From Haliotis rufescens (lineage: Eukaryota), in NCBI RefSeq assembly GCF_023055435.1, contig NW_025964383.1, forward strand, positions 6,882,001 through 6,946,000: a stretch of 64,000 bases of DNA, written 5' to 3'. Each line of letters starts with the position of its first letter. The stretch's first letter is position 1. Below, piece after piece: positions 1 to 57,565 of this stretch. The notes beneath the pieces were generated by a model, which worked only from the letters and a program-made list of their open reading frames with translations, was not told the DNA's origin and did no database searches. Both the position numbers and the translations under genes were made by a program.

Positions 1-465
1 ACTGAGGACTGCGTTCCCTGGTGTAAGTGTGGACTGTGTTGCCTGACTTGTGTGACTGAGGAGTGCGTTCCCTGGTGTAAGTGTGGACTGTGTTGTCTGA
101 CTTGTGTGACTGAGGACTGCGTTCCCTGGTGTAAGTGTGGACTGTGTTGCCTGACTTGTGTGACTGAGGAGTGCGTTCCCTGGTGTAAGTGTGGACTGTG
201 TTGCTTGATGTGTGTGACTGAGGACTGCATTCCCTGGTGTGGGGGGGACTGTGTTGCCTGACCTGTGTGACTGAGGACTGCGTTCCTGGTGTAAGTGTGG
301 ACTGTGTTGCCTAACTTTTGTGACTGAGGACTGCGTTCCCTGGTGTAAGTATGGACTGTGTTGCATGACCTGTGTGACTGAGGACTCCTTCCCTGGTGTA
401 AGTGTGGACTGTGTTGCCTGACGTGTGTGACTGAGGACTGCGTTCCTGGTGTAAGTCTGGACTGT
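1..465. repeat. Minisatellite, 54-bp unit
   Basis: Tandem actgaggactgcgttccctggtgtaagtgtggactgtgttgcc...; runs off the window edge. Confidence 0.95.
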
Positions 466-487
466 GTTGTTCAACATGAGAGTGAGG

Positions 488-495
488 AAGGATAT
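488..495 (-). other. U12-type (minor spliceosome) AT-AC intron 5' splice site ATATCCTT
   Basis: Minus strand reads TTC CTT G|ATATCCTTCC, a match to the RTATCCTT consensus at the end of coding similarity. Confidence 0.85.
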
Positions 496-43630
<43,135 letters not shown>

Positions 43631-44484
43631 GGTCGCACCACTGTCCTGCCTATGTCAAGTTACCTCATCAAGTTGCACAGTCTGAAACATAACATCGTCA
43701 CATTAGAATCATACAAAGCAAGAACACATAAAATCCCCCAGTCCATGTACCCTACACATACTGAGCCAGTAATCTCTGGTCAACAGACACGCGCACGCAT
43801 CACGATTACACAAAGGGAAACAACTCTACCACAACAAGTGATTCAAACCAATATGCATATCCATCATCCTGGTATCATGAGTAGCTAGCAATCAAAAACA
43901 CAGAACATTTGAGACTGATAAATCTCTACATGAAATGGACTTCCATATGATAGACTTAAAACACATTGACATTTGTTACAGGTCATGTCAAAGACAAACC
44001 TGATAAAGGGTGAGGTAGCTGATAGCAGACAGAGTTAACTGTCAACAAGTGTACAGTACATTACACACCGTGTGATTAGGGCAAAGTATGATAAGTGACA
44101 GCCTACATGAATGCATAACTTAAGAAAAATGCAAAACTTAAAAAAATTGTTTTGAAAGGTAGCAGATATGTTCATATGAATGCGAGCCCAACTGAAATTG
44201 TAATTTGAACACATGCATATATGATTTATAACTACATTAAATGTATATGTGAGGCTTAAATGTGCCAAACAGGTTTATATTAGAGGTTTTTATGCCGCAA
44301 TTGTTGAGTATTTGAACATAAGCAAGTCTTTGACTTGAGCTGATTCTCACAGGAGATATAGATAAAGACAGTAGAAACATGTTGTTAAAACACTCCTCCT
44401 GGGTCACAAACTTTCCCAGATGGAGTTTCACTGGAAGCTGATTAACAGCCTTGTTCACTCATCTTAGCCACTCTTGTACAGTTG

Positions 44485-44996
44485 CATCTTCCCGAGGCAA
44501 GGGAGTTAACTGACCATAAAAGTCAAGTTTCCACCCTTGCCGAACAAGGGGGGAATTTCTGGGCTCGATCGTAGCACCCCCACTGGCTATTACGAGTTAT
44601 GTCCCTTCTATGCCTCTCATATTGAGCCATCAGATTCCACCTCTCATATCACTTGCATCTGCTTCAAACAAAATTGCTGCCCACAGTCAAAATTATCAGA
44701 TTGATAATCAAGATCTATATTGTAATATAATGGGTCTTACATCACGAGGTGCATCAAATTACATGTGCACCTTGAATAAAAACATGTACATTTTTGGAAA
44801 ATATATGTTAACGCTGCCTTGTTGGTGCACATGCTTTGCAAATCCTGTAATCAACCAAAATCTGAATGGTAGTTTACCAACGCAATTTTTCGATTGGACT
44901 ATGCACAGCCTTGTTAGTCCAGCTAAAATATAACTCCATATTACTAGCCTAGTTTGGACTTTTAAAGTAAGTTAACTTCCTTGCCTCAGGAAGATG
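44485..44996. mobile_element. MITE-like element with 27-bp terminal inverted repeats
   Basis: CATCTTCCCGAGGCAAGGGAGTTAACT ... AGTTAACTTCCTTGCCTCAGGAAGATG; partial second copy at about 50028-50466. Confidence 0.75.
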
Positions 44997-45434
44997 GTAA
45001 AGTGGAACATATATACCATGATTACAATTTTTCCATTACCTAAACATTTGACATATCCGGCGAGCAAAAAAGGGACCTATCCCACCTCGTCTTCTGATGC
45101 TGGTACTTTGTGGGCCTAATCAAACCCTTTAAAACAGACTGCAGTAGTAAACTGTTGGTCAGCACAGTACTACTAAAAACAGTTGGGATCATTGGTAAGT
45201 TTACATCAACCACAGGCTAAAGGGGCTGAGCACACACCCAGACAGTAATAAGTGTCTGTGCACAAACCAGGTTTTCATATGTACATAAAATGACACTAAT
45301 GATCACTGATTGATTCTGGGTTCCTCTAGGCATCAGAGACTTCAAGTGTTCACACAGCATGCTGTCACACAACCAATAGCACTGAGGCTCATCAAGAGGA
45401 TCTACATGGGATGATTGCCACATACAAATACAGT

Positions 45435-46775
45435 CCTTCAGCTCCACATGACAATCTCTAACAGGATTTAGGACAGTAGTCATGGATCACACAGGGAGTC
45501 TAGGCATGTAGGAAGAGCATACATACAGATCTACAGCTCTTCATGACAATCTCTGACAGGATGTAGGACAGTAGTCTTAGATCACACAGGGAGTCTAGGC
45601 ATGTAGGAAGAGCATACATACAGATCTACGTGACAATCTCTGACAGGATGTAGGACAGTAGTCTTAGATCACACAGGGAGTCTAGGCATGTAGGAAGAGC
45701 ATACATACAGATCTACGTGACAATCTCTGACAGGATGTAGGACAGTAGTCTTAGATCACACAGGGAGTCTGGGCATGTAGGAAGAGCAGACATACAGATC
45801 TACGTGACAATCTCTGACAGGATGTAGGACAGTAGTCTTAGATCACACAGGGAGTCTGGGCATGTAGGAAGAGCAGACATACAGATCTACGTGACAATCT
45901 CTGACAGGATGTAGGACAGTAGTCTTAGATCACACAGGGAGTCTAGGCATGTAGGAAGAACAGACATAAAGCTCTACGTGACAATCTCTGACAGGATGTA
46001 GGACAGTAGTCTTAGATCACACAGGGAGTCTAGGCATGTAGGAAGAGCAGACATAAAGCTCTACGTGACAATCTCTGACAGGATGTAGGACAGTAGTCTT
46101 AGATCACACAGGGAGTCTAGGCATGTAGGAAGAGCAGACATACAGCTCTACAGCTCTTCATGACAATCTCTGACAGGATATAGGACAGTAGTCATGGATC
46201 ACACAGGGAGTCTAGGCATGTAGGAAGAACAGACATAAAGCTCTACGTGACAATCTCTGACAGGATGTAGGACAGTAGTCATGGATCACACAGGGAGTCT
46301 AGGCATGTAGGAAGAGCAGACATAAAGCTCTACGTGACAATCTCTGACAGGATGTAGGACAGTAGTCTTAGATCACACAGGGAGTCTAGGCATGTAGGAA
46401 GAGCAGACATACAGCTCTACAGCTCTTCATGACAATCTCTGACAGGATATAGGACAGTAGTCATGGATCACACAGGGAGTCTAGGCATGTAGGAAGAACA
46501 GACATAAAGCTCTACGTGACAATCTCTGACAGGATGTAGGACAGTAGTCATGGATCACACAGGGAGTCTAGGCATGTAGGAAGAGCAGACATACAGATCT
46601 ACGTGACAATCTCTGACAGGATGTAGGACAGTAGTCATGGATCACACAGGGAGTCTAGGCATGTAGGAAGAGCAGACATACAACTCTACAGCTCTACATG
46701 ACAATCTCTGACAGGATGTAGGACAGTAGTCATGGATCACACAGGGAGTCTAGGCATGTGGGAAGAGCAGACATG
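45435..46775. repeat. Minisatellite, about 87-bp unit
   Basis: tgacaatctctgacaggatgtaggacagtagtc...ggaagagcagacat. Confidence 0.95.
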
Positions 46776-49215
46776 CATTGGTTGCTACAAAAAGGTGTCA
46801 GCACCTGTAAATATTGATAGACAATTAATGCAGACAATCTGTTGCTGTGACAATGGTTATGAATAGTCTATATGGTTACTCATGGTTCAAGACAAGATTC
46901 CATGTCACAAGGCCAGTAGAGTGACACAAGGCCTCTACTGGACAACACAGCACTGCAGCAACAGCTAGGCCTACACAGGGTGCCACATTCAGACTGGAGC
47001 CAGTTCTTTGTACACAGGTGTAAATATACATGGAGTTACCAACAATAGGTGTTAGGGGTCCTCCGCAATACCAACATAACACAGTCCATTACACCAGTCT
47101 ACTCACATAAGCATATTCCCACTGCCAGGGGACTCATCACTCAATGGGTCCATTCTTCACAATAGTTTATTGTCACTTCCAAAAGTGAGAAACATATTTT
47201 CTAGTGAGGTCAAATAGGGCTGAGATGCTCTGTCAACAAAATTTCCAAATTGCTATCACACTATGTTAATGCCCCAGTTTCACTGCTGCCTTGGAACAGA
47301 CCAGGAAGAAGTGTGTACCTACAGGTTCTACCAGACCGATTGCCTGACAATGTGACATGGCTACCGCCCTCCCTGTAATTGGTGGTGGTATGTGTGAGTT
47401 AGTCAGGTTGTTCCCCACCCAGAGAGGATACGAAGAAGCCAGTAATTGGTGTACACTGGGATGTGTGTAGCAGCTCAGGGAGGGAGGGAAAGAGAGATGT
47501 GAAGCGACTAACAGTGGGAAGAGTTAGAGGTAGTCAGAGTGAAAACGTGTGTTACAGTTTGAGTGTCTGTATGATCACAGAGAGAGGGGACAGAGAACCA
47601 GGGGCTTGGTGTGAGGCAGGTCAGCGTGTGCTCTGACTGGGACTAGAGAGTATGGCCAGTCAGGACCACTGGGATCAGAGATCTAAGGAATGTACATGTC
47701 TAAAACATGAAAGAAGTCAGCGAACCTCTCAGTTCCACTGCATCATCAGGGTGTTCAGTGGAGCATACTTGTCATAAAGGAGGCCCCGCTGATAAGTAGA
47801 TAACGACAGTGTGTGTGTTGGGAAAGTTTCCACAACTGACACAACTCCAGGGCTGGGCTGCTGTATCATACATCACACATTCACTAACATCAATCACATA
47901 ATTACTCAGTACACTAACTGGATGGGTCATGGCATGACATTTCAAGTCAGTTCTTTTTCACAAGACAAATACACTATACCAAGTTCTTTGAAAACATCAA
48001 CAACTTGGTACTACAAGAAAATACAATGGTATAAGGATCTATATCGAAATGTCATCAATAAAGTAAAATGAAGCTGTTATCTATAAATTGTGTCTACTTT
48101 CAATGTAATAGTTATTAACGGAAACAGAGAGGGTGAAGACAAGTTGAAGGCCGAGGCTGCACATCAGCTGAGGTGTACACTGCACGTGTTTGAGTGTTCA
48201 TCTGACTTTAACCTCAAGGTCATGGTTCAGGTAACTACATTACACACTGACAGAGAACTAAACTTCACGTTTCAATTGTCGGAACACCTATGCATGTGGA
48301 AATGAATACCTGGGCACATGCAACTTCTGTTGTAAGAGAGTTGATTCACATCCATGAAAACCGTGACAAACAATACAGCTAGTTTGTAAATATACTCAAA
48401 CAAAACAAGTAGATTTCAAGGAATATATAAATGTTATGATCGATTATCAGAAGAAAGATCAGCTTTGAAAAAGGACTTCCAGAACCAAAAACCCCACGCT
48501 CCAACACACCCGAAACATTGCATGTTGACCATACAATTCCTCCCTCGGTAGGGGCCATTCTAGATTTTGACACTTCAGTGAAAGGTCATCAAATCGCTCT
48601 GAGCTATTAGTATTGTTGATTTTCATTATCCACAGTAACATGTAAGCTCTGTACTCTTTAATGCAGTATTTGTGATCAGATTGGGAATGTGTTGTCTACA
48701 ACTTGATAAACGCCTAAGGGCTATTTGCATGTTTTAAACTGGTAGAACTCAGCGAGAGGTAGCCAATATATTCAATGTGTCCCAGTCTGTGATTTGCAGA
48801 CTTTGGAACAGGTTTCTGCAAACACAAAATGTTAATGACTGGCCCCACACAGGGCACCCTAGGTCTGCAACACAAGTCCAGGATTGCTTAATCAGAAACT
48901 GGGCCTTAAGAAATCAAGGCCAAACAGCCAAACAAATTGCTGTTCTCTTGCACCAGGCCACAGGAGTTCAAGTTACTGACCAGACCATTAGAAGCATGTG
49001 CATCCCTAGCCAGTCGCCAAGGGTGTAAAGAGCAGGGGAACCTGGGGGAATCGCCAATGGTCTCGTGTGATGTTTTAACATGAACTCAAATTCACTCTAC
49101 GCATGGACTTTTCTGGGGGCATGGACTTTTCTGGGGGCTTTTCTGGGGGCATCCCAACAAACGTCATTCAAACATCAATGTAAGGTAGCATGACAGATTT
49201 CGGGTGGGTCTGTAA

Positions 49216-49500
49216 TGAGTGAGTGAGTGAATTTAGTTTGACACTGCTTTTAACAGTATTCCAGTTACATCGCAGCTTGTCAGCTTAATGTGGGAGGAAA
49301 GCCCAAAGTGATGGATGTCTCAGATGCTTACCACTTTGGTAAAACCCATGAGCACGGGGATGGTGCTGACAAACCTAGAAACAAAACTGGGTTAAACCAG
49401 GATTTGAGAACCAACAATCATAGGTTTCTGGTGTGGTGACAACTCTGCACAGTGAATTGTGGTGTCTTAGATGAGTGGGCCACCAGTGCCCAGAGTGTTT
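49216..49500 (-). mobile_element. SINE family A inserted in the Tc1 transposase
   Basis: Homology to other family A copies; splits the GGSV/IWGG motif; tgtaat on both sides. Confidence 0.8.
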
Positions 49501-50027
49501 GTAATTATATGGGGCGGGCTCACTATTACTGCCAAAACACCACTTCATATTGTCCATGGAAGGGTCATTGGTCAGTACTACGGAGACAACATACTGGTGC
49601 CAGCAGTTGTGACATTTACAAGGCATGGTGGTCCACCTTTCGTCTTACAGGACGATAATGTGTGTGTCCAGCATGCATGTACAGTAACTGACTACATCCT
49701 GCAGCAAAACTTCACCAGCATGCAATGAGTCCTGACCTTTGCCCCCATGGAGTATGTCTGGGACATGATCAAGAAACATGTACACTGACATCAAAGGCTA
49801 TCAAATACGTTAGCCGAACTGTGCCAGGCACTTGCAAGAGGAGTGAACCAGGCTCCCTCAAATTGTCCTTGGGAGATTTATTTGGACCATGCCATGCTGC
49901 ATAAACATGTATTTTTTTAGTCAACACCCGTCATGTTTCTTGGTTGCATGCACCTTTACAATCCACCCCAACATGTTCTGTTGATTGTCATGTTACACCA
50001 TGTCCTTCCTTTTTCTTATCCATCCAT

Positions 50028-50466
50028 TCCGGCTATTACGAATTATGTCCCTTTCATGTCCCTCCTAATCAGACTCCACCTCTCATAATACTTGCATATG
50101 CTTTAAACAAAATTGTGGTAACCAGTGAAGACGATCTAATCGATAATTAAAATCTATATTGTGAAAACATAGGTCTTACGTCACGTGAAGTGCATCAAAT
50201 CAAGTGTACCTCAATTAAAAACAAGAAAACATTTTTTAAATATCTGTTTACGCCGACTTGGCAGAACACATGCTTTGCAAATCCTGCAATTGACCTAAAT
50301 CTGCATGGCAGTTTACGAAACAGGATGTTGATTTTGTTATGCAATTTTGATTGGACATGTATAGAATCTTTAGTCCAGCCAAAACATAACTCCATAATAC
50401 CAGACTACGGCAAGGATGGAAACTGGACATTTACAATCAGTTAACTCCTATGCCTCAGGAAGATGC
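50028..50466. mobile_element. Partial second copy of the 44485 MITE family
   Basis: Shared internal sequence (ggctattacga..ttatgtccct, tgctttgcaaatcctg) and right TIR. Confidence 0.7.
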
Positions 50467-51227
50467 ACTCAATACCTCCCTGTATTTCTGTAATCATCTG
50501 TAAAATCCCAAATACCACCTACTATTTTTTGAGAGTATATATATCAGCATGATTACTACTGGAATCCAAATTTCTTTCTGTATTCTAAAGTTATGTTTTT
50601 TCATGAAGAACAACCTACACTGAACATCCTTCCCTTACTCGGCAAGACTTTGGGCATCATTTATTCTCACATGCACTGTGGAGCTATGGAACGCAAAACA
50701 GCAGGATGTGAAGCATGACAGCAGTGGGTGACAGTATTTTCTACACCAGCACACAGCATGCCCAGCTGAATGACAAAGTAGTTATATCATCACTGCCTGC
50801 ATGGCCAGTGAGCACATGGTATGTGATCCCTACAATACAGAAATAACTAGGGTCAGGGGAACATGAACAAGGGGGATAACTACCTATGTGACAAGGAACT
50901 TGTCCCAGGCACCTTCACAGTTTCAAAATTTGAATCATTAGTTAATCTCAAGCACTCACCCATGTAATAATGATTGACATGATTGACAGGGTCAAGCCTT
51001 TTTTCAGGTTCAAGCAATACATGTTGTGGTTCAAGAGACTTGGATTTCGAACGCAGGATTGGAAGGGTGTTAGTTCAAAATAAATTGTAATGATCAGATA
51101 TTATTACAAAATTTCAACATTATGTTATTATTTGCATTTACTGTGAGACAAATTCATCCAGGGATGAGTCCTCCTGGCAGCAGAGAGAGGCTCTAACTGG
51201 TGGCCAGTTATATCATATATCAAAAAG

Positions 51228-52105
51228 GGGAGGTGGGTCATCCCTTCAGGTGATGGGGGAGGTAACATCCCTCCAGGTGATGAGGGAGGTGGGTCATCCC
51301 TCCAGGTGACAGGGAAGGTCGGTCAACCCTCCAGGTGATGAGGGAGGTGGGTCATCCCTCCAGGGTACAGGGTAGGTGACATCCCTCCAGGTGATGAGGG
51401 AGGTAACATCCCTCCAGGTGACAGGGAAGGTCGGTCATCCCTCCAGGTGACAGGGTAGGTGACATCCCTCCAGGTGACAGGGTAGGTAACATCCCTCCAG
51501 GTGATGAGGGAGGTAACATCCCTCCAGGTGACAGGGTAGGTAACATCCCTCCAGGTGACAGGGTAGGTAACATCCCTCCAGGTGACAGGGAAGGTAACAT
51601 CCCTCCAGGTGACAGGGTAGGTAACATCCCTCCAGGTGATGAGGGAGGTAACATCCCTCCAGGTCACAGGGTAGGTGACATCCCTCCAGGTGACAGGGAA
51701 GGTAACATCCCTCCAGGTGACAGGGAAGGTAACATCCCTCCAGGTGACAGGGAAGGTCGGTCATCCCTCCAAGTGATGAGGGAGGTAACATCCCTCCAGG
51801 TGATGAGGGAGGTGGGTTATCCCTCCAGGTGACAGGGAAGGTAACATCCCTTAAGGTGATCGGGGAGGTGGGTCATCCCTCCAGGTGATGGGGGAGGTCG
51901 GTTATCCCTCCAGGTGATGAGGGAGGTGGGTCATCCCTCTGGGTGACAGGGTAGGTAACATCCCTCGAGGTGATGGGGGAGGTCGGTCAACCCTCCAGGT
52001 GACAAGGAAGGTAACATCCCTCCAGGTGATGGGGGAGGTAACATCCCTCCATGTGATGGGAGGAGGTAACATCCCTCCAGGAGACAGGGAAGGTGGGTCA
52101 TCCCT
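51228..52105. repeat. Minisatellite, about 30-33-bp unit
   Basis: catccctccaggtgacagggtaggtaa. Confidence 0.93.
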
Positions 52106-52433
52106 AGTGGTCACCTATCCCAATATTACGACTCTCAGCAACTGTAATGGTTGACCAATTCAAAAACAAGAAGAACAGCAGTCCTGGAACCACAAACAGT
52201 AGTGTCAGAGTCTGTCCAGGTGTTCCACTCCCACTCGGAGTTCAGAAGTCAAAAGTCATTTCCTTACTCAGAATACTTTCTTGCTATTGAGAAATCACAA
52301 TCATAACTAGGACTGCTGTATCACCAATGTGAAAACAAGATAAAAAATATATCAAATCAAGCAAAAGTGATTCAAATCAGAAGAAGAATAGGTTAAATCA
52401 AAATGCATTTAAGTAAACAGTGCAGTGCAGTAC

Positions 52434-53875
52434 AGTACACCCCTGTCAGAGAGTGAAGCCTGTTTGGTTATCCAGGGTAGTGTGTCTACCAACTACACCC
52501 CTGTCAGGGAGAGATGCCTGTTTGGTTATCTAGGGTAGTGCATCTACCAAGTACACCCCTGTCAGGGAGGGATGCCTGTTTGGTTATCCAGGGTAGTGTG
52601 TCTACCAACTACACCCCTGTCAGGGAGTGATGCCTGTTTGGTTATCTAGGGTAGTGCATCTACCAAGTACACCCCTGTCAGGGAGGGATGCCTGTTTGGT
52701 TATCCAGGGTAGTGTGTCTACCAACTACACCCCTGTCAGGGAGTGATGCCTGTTTGGTTATCCAGGGCAGTGTGTCTACCAACTACACCCCTGTCAGGGA
52801 GGGATGCCTGTTTGGTTATCCAGGGTAATGTGTCTACCAACTACACCCCTGTCAGGGAGTGATGCCTGTTTGGTTATCCAGGGTAGTGTGTCTACCAACT
52901 ACACCCCTGTCAGGGAGTGATGCCTGTTTGGTTATCCAGGGCAGTGTGTCTACCAAGTACACCCCTGTCAGGGAGTGATGCTTGTTTGGTTATCCAGGGC
53001 AGTGTGTCTACCAAGTACACCCCTGTCAGGGAGGGATGCCTGTTTGGTTATCCAGGGTAGTTAATCTACCAACTACACCCCTGTCAGGGAGGGATGCCTG
53101 TTTGGTTATCCAGGGTAGTGTGTCTACCAACTACACCCCTGTCAGGGAGAGATGCCTGTTTGGTTATCTAGGGTAGTGCATCTACCAAGTACACCCCTGT
53201 CAGGGAGTGATGCCTGTTTGGTTATCCAGGGCAGTGTGTCTACCAAGTACACCCCTGTCAGGGAGTGATGCCTGTTTGGTTATCCAGGGTAGTGTGTCTA
53301 CCAAGTACAACCCTGTCAGGGAGTGATGCCTGTTTGGTTATCCAGGGTAGTGTGTCTACCAAGTACACCCCTGTCAGGGAGTGATGCCTGTTTGGTTATC
53401 TAGGGTAGTGCATCTACCAAGTACACCCCTGTCAGGGAGTGATGCCTGTTTGGTTATCCAGGGTAGTGTGTCTACCAAGTACACCCCTGTCAGGGAGGGA
53501 TGCCTGTTTGGTTATCCAGGGTAGTGTGTCTACCAAGTACACCCCTGTCAGGGAGTGATGCCTGTTTGGTTATCCAGGGTAGTGCATCTACCAAGTACAC
53601 CCCTGTCAGGGAGTGATGCCTGTTTGGTTATCCAGGGTAGTGTGTCTACCAACTACACCCCTGTCAGGGAGTGATGCCTGTTTGGTTATCCAGGGTAATG
53701 TGTCTACCAACTACACCCCTGTCAGGGAGTGATGCCTGTTTGGTTATCCAGGGTAGTGTGTCTACCAAGTACACCCCTGTCAGGGAGGGATGCCTGTTTG
53801 GTTATCCAGGGTAGTGTGTCTACCAAGTACAACCCTGTCAGAATAAGGATGCCTGTTTGGTTATCCAGGGTAATG
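52434..53875. repeat. Minisatellite, 58-bp unit
   Basis: ctgtcagggagtgatgcctgtttggttatccagggtagtgtgtctaccaactacaccc. Confidence 0.96.
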
Positions 53876-54893
53876 TTCGACTACTAAGGATAGTGTGTCT
53901 ACATCTCCATCAGCAAAGAAGAGGGTACCCATAGATCAGCATGCCAGTGTCAACTAAGGAAGATTGCCCTGCAACATTGGAAGGCAACTGGTATCTAAAG
54001 TCTTTGAGATCCCAGATGCCAACCCTGGGGAGTGTGACGCCGTCTCCACAGTGTGGTCGGACAGTGCAAACATCAACTTGTTATTGGTATGATAAGGTAA
54101 ATGGAGTCTTACAGCAGACTGGGGGTGAGGGATGGTGTAGTTCAATATAGAGTCTTACAGCAGACTGGGGATGAGAGATGGTGTGGTCCAATAGGGAGTC
54201 TTACAGCAGACTGGGGATGAGGGATGGTGTGGGTCAATCACACCTCCTCACACTGAGGTGTTCACTCCTATTGATTGTTTTGGCAGAGGGTGGGTGACAG
54301 AGAGGGATTAGACTTTACAGGCACACACACAATTCAAACACAGCCAAACATGAATACACTTTTATAATTCCAGGTATGTATCAATGCCAGGTTTCTGCCA
54401 TTAAGTTGACTTTCTGATACATTCTTAGTGTACCAAAACTCGACATGAATGTTGACTCGACAAGAGCTGAATCTTTGCACGGATGTGTGACTAAGTAATA
54501 TGCAGGCCAGATGGGTTTGTGTTAACTATGCCCTGCCAAGGACAGTATGCACTCCACACAAAACTTAATCTTTAACTTTTATTGCTGAATTCTCCTTGCA
54601 ACATACATAGTGCATTTACCAAGTGCATGTATAACAATCCTGCCTAATTGGTTGAACACATGAAGGGGTAAACTACATATCAAACAGCGGCCAGCGTGTC
54701 CTCATGTGCCAGCAAACAGTGAAGGAGCAGCGAGAATCAATAATTAGGGACTCAACTAATTCTTTCCCCAAAATGATGAATCATTGAAAAGAAAGCAAAC
54801 AAAAGGCTCGCCCCACACACAAGCAAGAGGAGCTTAAGCACCGAGTGCCAGAGAAATAAAGCAAGCAGTGATTCTGTGACCGGGACAGCCCAC

Positions 54894-55446
54894 CCAGCTG
54901 CACTGACTGCAGGAGACAACACTACCAGCTGCACTGACTGCAGGAGACAACACTACCAGCTGCACTGACTGCAGGAGACAACACTACCAGCTGCACTTAC
55001 TGCAGGAGACAACACTACCAGCTGCACTGACTGCAGGAGACAACACTACCAGCTGCACTGACTGCAGGAGACAACACTACCAGCTGCACTGACTGCAGGA
55101 GACAACACTACCAGCTGCACTGACTGCAGGAGACAACACTACCAGCTGCACTAACTGCAGGAGACAACACTACCAGCTGCACTTACTGCAGGAGACAACA
55201 CTACCAGCTGCACTGACCGCAGGAGACAACACTACCAGCTGCACTAGCTGCAGGAGACAACACTACCAGCTGCACTGACTGCAGGAGACAACACTACCAG
55301 CTGCACTAACTGCAGGAAACAACACTACCAGCTACACTAACTGCAGGAAACAACACTACCAGCTGCACTGACTGCAGGAGACAACACTACCAGCTGCACT
55401 AACTGCACGAGACAACACTACCAGCTGCACTAACTGCACGAGACAA
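54894..55446. repeat. Minisatellite, 31-bp unit
   Basis: cagctgcactgactgcaggagacaacactac. Confidence 0.95.
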
Positions 55447-57361
55447 TGCTAGTCTTACTGAAGGTCCTGTGTATAGGACAGTCCAGCCATGACAGATTAG
55501 CAATACTGATATGGAAGAATCAGGTGTTCTTTAACTTCTTTGAGTAGAATATATGAATACATCAGCTGATGACTACCTAATACAAGAGAAACACCATCTC
55601 AGCTTAACAAAAGTCCCAGTGACAATACAGGATGGTGTAACAACAAAAGGGCATACATCATCCATTAAACACACACATAAGAAACACATTTTCAGGAACT
55701 AGAGACTGCACACTTCCCTGCCATACAACAACATGAACTACTGACATGGTAACTTTCATAAGCAATCTCTTGACTTGTTTATTTCTTGCTGAACATCGAC
55801 AAGCATGGGTTCTTTTGAAATTGGATGGGGTTGAGTGTGAATATTTTTTGGTGACAAGAAAAATAAATAAATCATGAAGTGAAATTAGTTATTATTCCCT
55901 CATGATTCTGTAAACTATCACAATATTAGCAGTGACTGGAAACAATATTTATGTTCAATTTCTGAAAATAAATACAACGCCAATTCACACTCCTTAATAC
56001 CACTGTTGTTGCTTGCAGGACATGCATTATCTCCTACTTGCTATGACTGAGTAACGCAGTGGCTGAGTAATGTGGGTGCGGTCCAAGTACAAGGTTCACC
56101 TATTAGGCACACAGACGACACAGGCCCAACACACATGATACACCTGTCAACATATAATGAATGACAGGCAGAAAAAAGTATTAATTTTTCAAACATGATT
56201 GCTGTGGTGCCAAAGAAAGAAGTCTCATTAATGCCAGCTCAACTTGTGAAGAAAGAATTGTTTTTAAAGTATAGCTCATCATGCTCATTGTTTGATAACC
56301 ATGATAATGTATGCAGGACCAAGGAAAGAGCATCCTCCCTAAGCAGGAGGAAAATGTATGAACAAAGGAATAAACATATTATCCTATAGATCGTCAATAA
56401 ATATTGCTGGTAGGCTCAAGTCAGAATCACATAAACACAAACTGCTCTCTGATCATTCTGATTGTAGTCAGTAGACATTAAATAACTTGACACTAACAAT
56501 GTCAACATTTGTTTTCATCTCTGTTGTATTGGTGACTGATATGTTTGTTAAGGCCCCGATATGTTGTCCACTTACAATTATGGTCAACAGCTACATCTTT
56601 TTTAACACATGATGTTCAAACTGAATTAAACGTAGTACCAACTGGTATCACAGATAAAGATGGGATTTCAAAGAAACAACCGAAGTCTCAACAAAATGAC
56701 ATTTGTACATCATCAGTGTTTTGCTAGAATAAGTGTTAAAACCTTAATGTGATGAGTCATTGAATTACAGATAACGTACAGCAAGACACGGACAAATGTA
56801 TGTACATAACACATACTTTGTTGCCTTATTGAAGTCCGCTTGTGGGTCAGCATAACCTTTGTCAGGAGTATAAATACCACTGCCTGTACATACAGCAACA
56901 TGGGCCCCACCCACCCTGTGGTCTGAGTGGCGGGTCTCGACAGGGTATACTGGTGTGCACGTAGGTGCACTCACACAGTCGGTGATCCTATCACCCACAC
57001 GTTATCTGCACCGTCCCAGGCTACTTCAGGGACCAGCAGCACCGTCCTCGTCAACACAAACTACACCTGCAGAACAGCACCTGCCATTAAGCCTAGCACA
57101 ACCAACAACACAGTGGCCAACAATCAATACCTTCTCTTATACACCTTACATACTTTATATACCTGGAGTCCACAGCTTTTGTGTCCATAAAGCAGACGCA
57201 TAACAATGACAAAATGTTCAACAACTGTGATCCTCTCCGGAGCAATGTACAAACCCCCACAACACACACAACATAATTCTATTATAGTGATCATGTGATT
57301 GGGGGGAAGTTGTAAGTACCACCTGTCTTAGCCTGGAACATCAACGGTTTGTACCACTGGA

Positions 57362-57565
57362 GTGAGTGAGTGAGTGAGTTTGGTTTAACGCTGCTTTGAA
57401 CAGAATTCCAGTTATATCGCGGCGTGTCAGCTTAATGTGGGAGGAAAGCCCGAAGTGATGCAGGTCTCAGACGTTTACCACTTTGGTGTAACCCACGAGC
57501 ACAGGTATGACAAACCTAGAAACATAATCGGGGCGAACCGGGATTCGAACCCACAATCATAGGTT
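57362..57565 (-). mobile_element. SINE family A, 5'-truncated, with 14-bp TSD
   Basis: GGTTCGAATCC; TTTGTACCACTGGA on both sides. Confidence 0.8.

Larger units (their letters stand above)
48391..50540 (+). mobile_element. Decayed Tc1/mariner transposon, interrupted by a SINE and a MITE-related segment
   Basis: Transposase remnants: HTH (SQSVICRLWNRF..GHPRSAT), GGSV-IWGG, LQDDN, SPDL..E.VWD; degenerate TA-flanked TIR-like ends. Confidence 0.8.

Noticed and set aside
52-261. Metallothionein- or keratin-associated-like Cys-rich ORF
   Set aside because: Translation of the 54-bp intronic array on the antisense strand
56700-57210. Second protein-coding gene upstream of MYO7A
   Set aside because: Short ORFs with no recognisable domain or consistent exon chain
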